From an uncultured delta proteobacterium (GTDB lineage Bacteria > Desulfobacterota > Desulfomonilia > Desulfomonilales > Desulfomonilaceae): 24,000 nt of DNA. The stretch lies in contig CAVVHK010000021.1 in NCBI GenBank assembly GCA_963747865.1, forward strand, positions 1 through 24,000. Direction: 5' to 3'. A program made the position numbers and the translations under genes. Every line of letters begins with the position of its first letter. Positions within the stretch are counted from its first letter, which is position 1. Positions 9,116 through 17,157 of this stretch are shown here, piece after piece. The notes beneath the pieces were generated by a model. It did not search any database. It was not told where the DNA came from and saw only the letters and a program-made list of their open reading frames with translations.

Positions 9116-9488
9116 AACAACCTCCGAATTCCAGCATTAGAAAGTGTAGATTCAATATCCGAGGAACCAAATCCCCCCTGTGACTCAAAGGCTTCCGGTC
9201 TTTTTTCATCATACAAATTTTTGCTGAGACTTACAATTTGATTACGACGCCGCAAAGAGTCGCCGGTCCCGAACATTCCAGATGGCCGACCTAATAGACG
9301 CAATAATTAAGACTTTGAGCGGATATTTCGGCGGGCCTTTCTCTGAAAGAAGGCCCATCCGGGAGCCTCTCCCCGAAGCTCTTAAAGTCATCCGCATTCA
9401 AAACTCCGGGAACTTCGGAACCGTGCGGAGCCGAATTCTGTCGTTGAGGGGGTTGTAGCCAATGGCAATCTCATCGTCCATAAAACGT

Positions 9489-9523
9489 GAGATCGCTTCG
9501 TGGCTTCGCGCCTCGCAACGACA
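9489..9523. repeat. Degenerate half-copy of the 8475-8559 repeat
   Basis: GAGATCGCTTCGTGGCTTCGCGCCTCGCAACGACA resembles GAGATTGCTTCGCCCCGCTCGCAATGACA. Confidence 0.6.
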
Positions 9524-9607
9524 TATTTGCAGATCAAAGCAATTGAAGCGCTTTTTTACCTATGCGGCGAATCGATAAAAAAATGACTACAGGTTCTGAA
9601 ACCTGAT

Positions 9608-10183
9608 CTACCAATTTTCAGCCAAAATCTCGAAATACGATTGCGGGTGGGCGCAAGCCGGACAGGCGTCCGGGGCTCCATTTCCTTCATGAAGATAGCC
9701 GCAGTTTATGCATCTCCAAACTACGGGGCTTTCTTTTTTGAAGACCAGGCCCTGCTCCACGTTGCGAAGCAGATGCAAGTAGCGTTTTTCATGCTGTTTT
9801 TCAGCGACGCAAACCGCTTCCCAAATTTTTGCGGCGACATCAAATCCTTCGGCGTAGGCTGTCTTGACGAAACCGGGATAGAGTTCAGTCCACTCAAAAT
9901 GCTCCCCTGCCGCAGCTTCTTTCAAGTTATTCATTGTGGCCGCAATTACGCCCGCGGGAAACGCTGCTTGGATAACCAAATCGCTTCCCTGGAGCTGCTT
10001 AAAAAACCTTTTTGCATGCTCTTTTTCTTGATTGGCGGTTTCTTCGAAAATCTGGGCGATTTGAACAAACCCCTCGTTCTTGGCCTGCGAAGCAAAATAA
10101 GTGTATCGATTGCGAGCCTGGGATTCTCCTGCAAACGAAATCAGAAGGTTCTTTTCGGTTTCGGAACCCTTCCAGTCCACCAT
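9608..10183 (-). CDS. rbr: Rubrerythrin
   Basis: GSETEKNLLISFAGESQARNRYTYFASQAK..., EKEHAKRFF, and C-terminal WRCINCGYLHEGNGAPDACPACAHPQSYF. Confidence 0.96.
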   Translation of the reverse strand: MVDWKGSETEKNLLISFAGESQARNRYTYFASQAKNEGFVQIAQIFEETANQEKEHAKRFFKQLQGSDLVIQAAFPAGVIAATMNNLKEAAAGEHFEWTELYPGFVKTAYAEGFDVAAKIWEAVCVAEKQHEKRYLHLLRNVEQGLVFKKESPVVWRCINCGYLHEGNGAPDACPACAHPQSYFEILAENW

Positions 10184-10263
10184 TGATGTTCTCCTTTCAT
10201 CGATTAATTTGGCGTTGGTCAAGCGCTTTAAACCGCTTGGCAAAATAGAAATTCCAAAACAGC

Positions 10264-10713
10264 TCAGCATAATTTCCCTTCGGGCCGCCCGCCGGATGCG
10301 AGCTCTCCCTCTTCCAGCTCGGGATGTTTACGTCTGCAATCCGGACACAACCCCATGAACTCCAATTTGTGCCACAGAACTTTATAGTCGCTCACCTGAG
10401 CGAGCGTCTGGTCAATCATGGAAATAGGATCCAGGGGCGCATCATCGACGCGCTGACACTTAACACACCTTATGTGGTAGTGATTGGCCGCTTTCCCGTC
10501 GAACCTCTTCTGCGAGCCCGCCATCTCTAACTTCAAGATGACTCCCATTTCCGAAAGAAGTTCCAGATTCCTGTAAACCGTCCCCAGGCTGATTTTAGGC
10601 AAACGTCGGCGCACCATTTCGTAGACCTCCACGGCGGTAGGGTGTGAATGCACCTTACTGAGCTCTTCGATTATGATGCGACGCTGATTTGTCACCCGCG
10701 GCCGAGCGTTCAA
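10264..10713 (-). CDS. Fur-family regulator, PerR-like
   Basis: VTNQRRIIIEELSKVHSHPTAVEVYEMVRRRLPKISLGTVYRNLELL, HYHIRCVKCQRVDD, LCPDCRRK. It sits next to rubrerythrin. Confidence 0.92.
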   Translation of the reverse strand: MNARPRVTNQRRIIIEELSKVHSHPTAVEVYEMVRRRLPKISLGTVYRNLELLSEMGVILKLEMAGSQKRFDGKAANHYHIRCVKCQRVDDAPLDPISMIDQTLAQVSDYKVLWHKLEFMGLCPDCRRKHPELEEGELASGGRPEGKLC

Positions 10714-10799
10714 TCCGTTTACCTTTCAGTAATAGTAATCAGTCTCATTAAGCTACAATCACTCGCTCTGACTGTCAAGAGAAACTTTCCCCACTTCGA

Positions 10800-11498
10800 T
10801 TATTTTTGCGCCGGATCGGGAACGCCGACCTCTTCGAACCCTTTTTTTCTTAATATGCAACTATCGCAATGTCCGCATGGCCTCCCGGACGGAGTAGGAT
10901 CGTAGCATGAATGGGTAAGGCCGTAATCCAGCCCCAGTTCCAGGCCTTTCTTAATTATCTCCGCTTTGGTCAGCATTATCAATGGAGTATGAATTGTCAT
11001 CTTGAAGCGGCCTTCCACAGCCTGTTTCGTGGCCAAGTTGGCCATGGCTGCGAACGCTTCGATGTATTCCGGTCTGCAATCGGGATAACCCGAGTAGTCT
11101 ATGGCGTTGACTCCTATGAAGATATCCGCGGCCCTAAGGACTTCGGCCCAAGCCAGAGCAAACGATAGGAATATCGTGTTCCTTGCGGGCACATAGGTTA
11201 TTGGAATCCCGACCTGCATTTCTTCAAGGCTGCGGCTCTTCGGGACTTCCAAATCCGAAGTGAGAGCCGAACCGCCGATTTTGTCCAGCGGCAACTCCAG
11301 AACCAAATGTTCGATGACTCCGGCCGCCTGGGCCACTTTTTGCGCGGCTTCCATTTCCACCCGGTGGCGTTGGTGATAATAGAAACTGATGGCATGTAAT
11401 TGGTAACCTTGAGCTTTTGCAATAGCCAAACATGTGGAGGAATCCACTCCACCGGAAAGCAGCACAACCGCTTTTCCAGGTGATTTCGTCAAATCCAT
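10800..11498 (-). CDS. queC: 7-cyano-7-deazaguanine synthase
   Basis: [88 protein letters not shown]. Confidence 0.95.
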   Translation of the reverse strand: MDLTKSPGKAVVLLSGGVDSSTCLAIAKAQGYQLHAISFYYHQRHRVEMEAAQKVAQAAGVIEHLVLELPLDKIGGSALTSDLEVPKSRSLEEMQVGIPITYVPARNTIFLSFALAWAEVLRAADIFIGVNAIDYSGYPDCRPEYIEAFAAMANLATKQAVEGRFKMTIHTPLIMLTKAEIIKKGLELGLDYGLTHSCYDPTPSGRPCGHCDSCILRKKGFEEVGVPDPAQK

Positions 11499-11733
11499 AT
11501 TGGTCTCCTTGTTCGTAAGCATGCCCAGAGAGAAAACTTTTCTTGTGCAACGGATTGACGCCGACGACCATGGGCTTCTCCCATGGCTACCCATGGGAAC
11601 TCCCCCGCAGGAGGACAAGTGGAGGCCGTCATGACGCCATCTTGGAAGTTCTTGAATCGAGGTCGGGAGGGGAACTTCCTTGAAGTAGTTCCCCTCCGGC
11701 AGCTCTCTCATGAGGGCTCTTACCTTAATTCTA

Positions 11734-11749
11734 CGCTCGAACTCAAGCG
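11734..11749 (-). promoter_or_regulatory. Putative bacterial SECIS hairpin for the arsS UGA
   Basis: RNA CGCUUG-AGUU-CGAGCG, 6 bp with one wobble. It starts 14 nt after the UGA and has GU in the apical loop. Confidence 0.6.
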
Positions 11750-12723
11750 ACTATGGCGCCCCCTCAGGTGAATCCCGAGCCGGCGGTACATGCGTAACAG
11801 TGATCCGATACCGCAATGTTGGCTCCCGGAGCAGGTGGACGGTCAACCTCAGACACACTGGTCCGAATCCCCCCGGCAGGAATTCCGGCAGCCAAGTTGA
11901 AATCGCAATCATAAAGATAACCGTCCCACGACACCGAAATGAGGCTTCTGCACATCAGGCCGGGGACCGTGCAAGGGTTAAATTGGCCGGCCAATTTCTT
12001 GAGGTAAGATTCGTAGTTGCCGGACGCGAGCAACCAGCTCTTGAATCTGCCCAACGGAACGTTGGCGAAAGTGAAAAGATTGCTGAACTCGATGGCCCAT
12101 TTTTCCTTGAGCTCCCGACGAAACCTGTCTCCGGCCTCCTGCGGGCCGGGCGGCAAAAACGCGCCGGCGGGATTGCTCACAAGGTTGAGTTCCAAACCTG
12201 TCTCAGGGAGCCCATAACCCGCTCGGTTGAGCAGTCTTAACGCTTCGATGGTTTTGTCAAACAAACCGAAACCGCGTTGAGTCTCCAACTGGCGCAGATT
12301 AGTCGAAGGAAAAGAACCGACGATCACTACGCCCAAATTCGCGCATGCTGACACTATTTCATCCGATGGTCGTTCGACCAGGACCGTTAGATTCGAGCGC
12401 AGCATTACGCGTGGGGCCGCATGTGAGGCTTTCTTCAACAAATACAAAAGATTTGGGTTTAACTCCGGGGCGCCTCCGGTTATGTCTATTACCTGAAAGG
12501 CCGATTTTTCGGCAAAGTCCACCACGAGACCCATGGTCTCGCGTGTCATGATTTCCTCCCGATCGGGCCCCGCCTCGAGGTGGCAATGGCGACAAGCCTG
12601 ATTGCAGGCAAACCCGACGTTAACCTGCAAGACGCCTGTTTCCGCGCGCTTTAGATCCAGCCCGTGCTTGGTCAGCGCGCCGTGAAACGGCAGGATTCCC
12701 TCAATTCTGGCTGCGATGGACAT
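11743..12723 (-). CDS. arsS: Arsenosugar-biosynthesis-type radical SAM (seleno)protein ArsS, with in-frame UGA (Sec) at 11764-11766
   Basis: [19 protein letters not shown] radical SAM CxxxCxxC. The C-terminus reads through TGA: [20 protein letters not shown], matching the conserved CTAGxGSS[C/U]GGA tail. Confidence 0.85.
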
Positions 12724-12739
12724 TGCGTCGGCCTACGTC

Positions 12740-13073
12740 TTACAAAGACATCTTTGTCGCAACGTTACGCATCTGGATGCCATGCACGAGCGACGATCCT
12801 CCGCGAATAGCCACGGCCACATGCACAGCTTCAGTCATTTCGTCCAGGTTCGAGCCCTTTTCCAGGCAAGCCTGAGTATATGCGTCAATACAATACGGAC
12901 ACTGCACCGTGTGCGCCACGGCCAGGGCTATCAGCGACTTTTCTCGTTCCGTGAGCGCCCCCGCCTTAAAAACCGTGGCATAATATTCGAAAAACTTCTT
13001 CGCCGGCTCAGGCGCGTCTTCTCCTATCTCGCCGAACTTCAATAGGTCCTTTGGATCGTAGGTACGTTTCCAT
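12740..13073 (-). CDS. Arsenosugar-biosynthesis-associated peroxidase-like (carboxymuconolactone decarboxylase/AhpD fold) protein
   Basis: LKFGEIGEDAPEPAKKFFEYYATVFKAGALTEREKSLIALAVAHTVQCPYCIDAYTQACLEKG. Upstream frame reads TYDPKDLLKFGE. The ATG at 13073 is one base out of frame with it, suggesting a 1-nt indel. The ORF track gives 12740..13042. Confidence 0.88.
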
Positions 13074-13298
13074 TTTTGCCCCTTCGTGGTCGAGCGGTCG
13101 AAAATCTCTCTTGAGTTTGAGAGCGATGTATACTACCCACAATATTAATGGGCTGAGCAACCAAAGCAAAGAGTAATTTGACTTCGCGCCTGTTAAGAAG
13201 TTTTCCGGCCGTTTGCCGGGGCGTGTCTCCTTGGCGCCGTCAAAGTAATTACAGCGATAAACGATCACCATTTCCGAAAAAAGGAATCAAATACAATC

Positions 13299-13955
13299 GT
13301 GGAAGACAGATCTTTCAAGCAGAAAGCCTTTGATTTTGTCACGTTCCCCGTTAGGGCGCTCACGCTTCACGGTGGGATAGACATGTGGGGGATGACCTCA
13401 CTGGCTTCGGAACGGTTCTATTACGTGAGCCAATATGTGGTGGGATACTCCTTGGATGTTGGTTGCGGCAGAGGAAACCGCTTCATCAACGAGTTCCTCG
13501 CCGGTTTTGGCAAGGGCATTGATGTTTATCGCTATGAAGGGCTTACGGACGAAAACATAGTTGACGACATCTCTAAGTTTCCCTTTCCGAACAGGAGTTT
13601 TTCTTCAGTAACATTCATAGCTAATCTGAATCATGTCCCTAAGGACTTGCGTGACACTGAATTAGCCGAATCCTATCGAGTCCTCAAACCCGGCGGCAAC
13701 ATAATCGTGACCATGGGCAGGCCGTTTGTCGAGATTCTAGTCCACAAACTAGTCGCATTCTACGACCGATACTTCCATACCGATTTTGACATCGACAACG
13801 AACGAGGCATGGATGCGGACGAACATTATTTTCTTACGCCTGAGGAAATAAATAATCGTCTGTCCGAAGCGGGTTTCGTTAGACTGGAGAAGAAATTGTT
13901 CTGGACTCAATGGGGGCTGAATCAACTCTTTATCGGTTGGAAGCCGGAGAATTGA
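13299..13955 (+). CDS. SAM-dependent class I methyltransferase
   Basis: YSLDVGCGRGNRFINEFLAGFGKGIDVYR..., SYRVLKPGGNIIVTMGRP. Confidence 0.85.
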   Translation: MEDRSFKQKAFDFVTFPVRALTLHGGIDMWGMTSLASERFYYVSQYVVGYSLDVGCGRGNRFINEFLAGFGKGIDVYRYEGLTDENIVDDISKFPFPNRSFSSVTFIANLNHVPKDLRDTELAESYRVLKPGGNIIVTMGRPFVEILVHKLVAFYDRYFHTDFDIDNERGMDADEHYFLTPEEINNRLSEAGFVRLEKKLFWTQWGLNQLFIGWKPEN

Positions 13956-14119
13956 TCTCGCTTGCGGCCTTCTTGAAGCGCAGCCGGTGAGACTGTTCGA
14001 GGCTGCCGTTGCTAACTGCGGCGCGAGTAATAATCGATACTGCGCTCTTTCAGCGCAGCAGATCGGTCGCTACCAACAGGCGGTTCCCGGCGCGCCCTCA
14101 CGAAAGATTGGGAGTTGTG

Positions 14120-14173
14120 TCAGCGGAGCCTTTTTGGAACGATAGCGTTCCAACGGGTCCCAGGGACCGCTGA
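14120..14173. other. Structured intergenic element: outer stem enclosing two perfect hairpins
   Basis: Outer TCAGCGG...CCGCTGA encloses TTGGAACG-ATAG-CGTTCCAA and GGTCCC-A-GGGACC. The second inner hairpin shares two bases with the outer arm. Confidence 0.5.
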
Positions 14174-14751
14174 TTGCCTGGTTTTCGCGCAGCTAACGCT
14201 CGATAATCGCCCCCCATTCCATTGCATGGGTCCAATGGACCCGGCAAGTCTTCCTCGTTCGCCTCACGATGCGCCTCGGTATAGACCGAACTAAATGATA
14301 TCATGGACTAATTATTACCACTTCCTATCCGCAAAATCTGGCCCAATAGTTGCTACACTTTACCTTCTCGGAAAGTTGAGGACGGGCACACGGTTACCTC
14401 ATACCGTTTCGAAGAGTTCAAATTAACTCCTGATTTCTATCTCCTTGGCTGGAGCCTGGGAATAAGCGAGTAGATCACTTCAATTTGCCCTAACTCGGAT
14501 CAGATCGCAGCGGGCAATGATTCAGGGCAAAAGTCCGGCATGGGCGCCGGCGTGTGGAGAAACAGCGATTGCGAACTCCGATGAGGTGGCCAAAGCTGGG
14601 CCATTGAGTGCGTGAAAAGAGAGAGACCGTCGCTTCATAACAAACCATTTCCGGGCATGGAGTAACTTGTGTGAGTCATGAGGGGAGAAGACCAGGTATC
14701 CGTAACTCTTCCAACAACACTATCCCAATTACCACCAAGTGGAGGAAAGCC

Positions 14752-15201
14752 ATGAAGAAGCTAGCTCTGGTTATGCTCGTCCTAGCGTTCGCCGGCCAGG
14801 CGTGTGCGGAGGGAGATGATCAACTCGTCATAGGCCTGGTCGACAAGGCCGTAGAGATTTTCAAAACTCAGGGCAAGGAACAGGCCATCAAGGTGCTCAA
14901 CGCCTCAGCCGGACCTTTGAGGAAAGGCTCGATTTATGCTTTTGCGGTGGACTTCACCGGCCACAACTTGAGCCATCCGGTTCAGGAAGACTTGCGTGGG
15001 AAGGACACCTGGGAGCAGCAGGACGCTAAAGGAAAATTCATTGTTCAGGATTTCATCAAGATAGCGAAGCAACAAGGTCAGGGTTGGAGCGAGTATTGGT
15101 GGCTGAGGGTGAACGAGACCACGCCCACCTTAAAGAAGACGTTTATAAAGAAAGTCCCCGGCGAGGACATCTTGGTCGGCGCAGGATATTACGTTAAATA
15201 G
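14752..15201 (+). CDS. Exported single cache-domain-like protein
   Basis: Signal peptide MKKLALVMLVLAFAGQACA, then YAFAVDFTGHNLSHPVQEDLRGKD...GWSEYWWLRVNETTPTLKKTFIKKVPGEDILVGAGYYVK. Confidence 0.75.
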   Translation: MKKLALVMLVLAFAGQACAEGDDQLVIGLVDKAVEIFKTQGKEQAIKVLNASAGPLRKGSIYAFAVDFTGHNLSHPVQEDLRGKDTWEQQDAKGKFIVQDFIKIAKQQGQGWSEYWWLRVNETTPTLKKTFIKKVPGEDILVGAGYYVK

Positions 15202-15273
15202 GTGTAATGGTTCACAGGGAGACCTCTGCTTGGCAAAAGGGTTTCCCGGTGAACCAGGGCCAGGGTTCCAACT

Positions 15274-16101
15274 TCAGAAGGTCTTGAGAAACCTGGCGAG
15301 CGTCTCTTTGTCCTGGGATCCAAGATAGGTTTGTCTGACTTCAGAGTTGTAAAAGACGAAAATCGCGGGGATGCTCCTAACATTAAAGGTGGCGAATAAT
15401 TCCTTTTCCGATTGAGGAACTATACCTACAACCGCTTTTCCAGCTGTATCCGCCGCAAGTTCATCTAAGACGGACTCCATCCGTCTGCACCAGCCTCACC
15501 AATCCGCATGAAACATGACTAGGACAGGCCTTGATCTCGAGGCGCCTTTCACTTCCCTTTCAAAGTTTGCCTTCGTGAAAGTGCGAACCTCTCCGACGGC
15601 CGCTGTGGAAACGCTGGTCAAGTGTTTAGTCGGTTTGTGAAAAGACCATTTGATTATCACTACCCCAACCGTCAAAAGAGCAAAAACGCCGATTATGATA
15701 GCGGGCCACCACTTGGACCCATCTGAATCGTCGTGGTCCTCGTATCTGAAAGAACGCTCATGGGAATAACGTGGCGGACCCATTGAGGCGATTTTGGCCA
15801 CAACAACTCCGCAATGGGGACATTCATCGTAAACCCTGTCTTGAGTCGTGCGGCAAGCTGGACATGTCCAAGTAACCGGGATTTCGTGCTTCGTCAGCTT
15901 GGGCTCCGGTCTTGAAGCGGCTAACCCTGAAACGGGAGCGGGCTGCGCCAACAAACCCATTTCGGTGAGCTTGCGCAGGACCGACCTGTACGCCTTGTCC
16001 GAAAGCTCGAATCTCCGTTGTATTTCCGATTCGTCCACACCGTCTTGAATGGCTTCGAGTATCAGCTTCGCATTTATCTTTCTTTTGGGAGGATCGGACA
16101 T
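15274..16101 (-). CDS. Membrane-anchored zinc-ribbon + thioredoxin-domain selenoprotein (UGWC active site), UGA at 15496-15498
   Basis: ORFs 15496..16128(-) and 15274..15480(-) are in the same frame, separated only by one TGA. The reading is SRPVLVMFHADW-U-GWCRRMESVLDELAADTAGKAVVGIV...FNVRSIPAIFVFYN. The N-terminus has WTCPACRTTQDRVYDECPHCG and the TM segment WWPAIIIGVFALLTVGVVII. Confidence 0.85.
15468..15486 (-). promoter_or_regulatory. Putative bacterial SECIS hairpin for the thioredoxin-domain UGA
   Basis: RNA AGACGGA-UGGAG-UCCGUCU, a perfect 7-bp stem with a G-containing 5-nt loop starting 16 nt after the UGA. Confidence 0.65.
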
Positions 16102-16394
16102 GGAAAGCTTCCCCATTGGTCTACTCAAGACGTTCGGTCGAAAATCCCGCTTAATTTCATTACCTTAATACTAACACAGTCGACCGCTTGCGGCAATGGC
16201 GTTGGGGCGCAACGTTCAGAAAGGACATTTATTATGTCCTCCGGGAGGAATGCCTCGGCTCTCCGCAAAATTACCGAAAACGTATGCTTGACAGAGATTT
16301 CTTAGAACGGTAACGTTAATTACCCGAAAAGTAATTATTTTTCAAGGACGCTGAAACCCCCACGCTTCCTTGCGAGGGTATAGGTGGAGATGAA

Positions 16395-16790
16395 ATGATC
16401 GAATCGGAATTCGCTAAACAATATTCGGAAGAGGACTTTTGCGAAAAAATAGCAAGGTACGCTCAAGCAGTTGGAAAGGAAGGTATGCGGGACGCCTTGA
16501 TCCTTTACGCGCTGGTCCTTTACTACACGCTCAGAGATCCCGCGAGTCAAACCTCTCGCTGGACTAAAGCCGCTATCGTCGCCGCCCTTGGTTATTTCAT
16601 TTGCCCCCTGGATGTAATTCCGGACATGATTCCAGTCACCGGATTCGCTGATGATTTGGCGATCCTGGCTTCAGTTATGGGTCTCATCGGGGCAAACATC
16701 CCTTCGGAGGCTAAGCGGCGGGCAAATGACAAGATGAAAGAATGGTTTGCGGATGACGCTAAAATAGGGAGCTTTGTTGTCGGAACATGA
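16395..16790 (+). CDS. DUF1232 / YkvA-like protein
   Basis: SRWTKAAIVAALGYFICPLDVIPDMIPVTGFADDLAILASVM. Confidence 0.88.
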   Translation: MIESEFAKQYSEEDFCEKIARYAQAVGKEGMRDALILYALVLYYTLRDPASQTSRWTKAAIVAALGYFICPLDVIPDMIPVTGFADDLAILASVMGLIGANIPSEAKRRANDKMKEWFADDAKIGSFVVGT

Positions 16791-17157
16791 AAAGCTGGTG
16801 CGTGAATGCGCACGCTACGTTCTAAATAATCGCCGGGAAATCCTTTTTAGTGATGACCCTCGATTTCTTGTTTTCGACAGAATGACTTGACGTCAGACTG
16901 TTGTAACCCGCCGTTGCTAGTATATGAATCGGCCGAGTCTTGGTTGCGGCCGCAGCCCGCGTTTCGCAAAAAGGAGTTTCCTGGAGCTTTCGCCAATAAC
17001 TCCTTATGTATTGGTTGGCTAAATCGTTGTGACCGCGCTTCGAGCAGATCTCTCAGCGTCCGGCTCTGACGCTGGGCTCATAGGCCCTTGGATGACGTAT
17101 TGGCATATGCCCTCGAACCCAAAGACTTTTCCTTATCCGAGAAAACAAGGAAAATGA

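Noticed and set aside
9333-9356. GGGCCTT...AAGGCCC hairpin as an intrinsic terminator
   Set aside because: No T tract on either side; kept only as an unassigned inverted repeat.
13008-13271. ORF 13008..13271(-) as a separate membrane protein
   Set aside because: It overlaps the start of the peroxidase-like gene in another frame and its C-terminal part is out-of-frame reading of the real N-terminus (TYDPKDLLKFGEIGE). A short TM-like stretch remains, but support is too weak.
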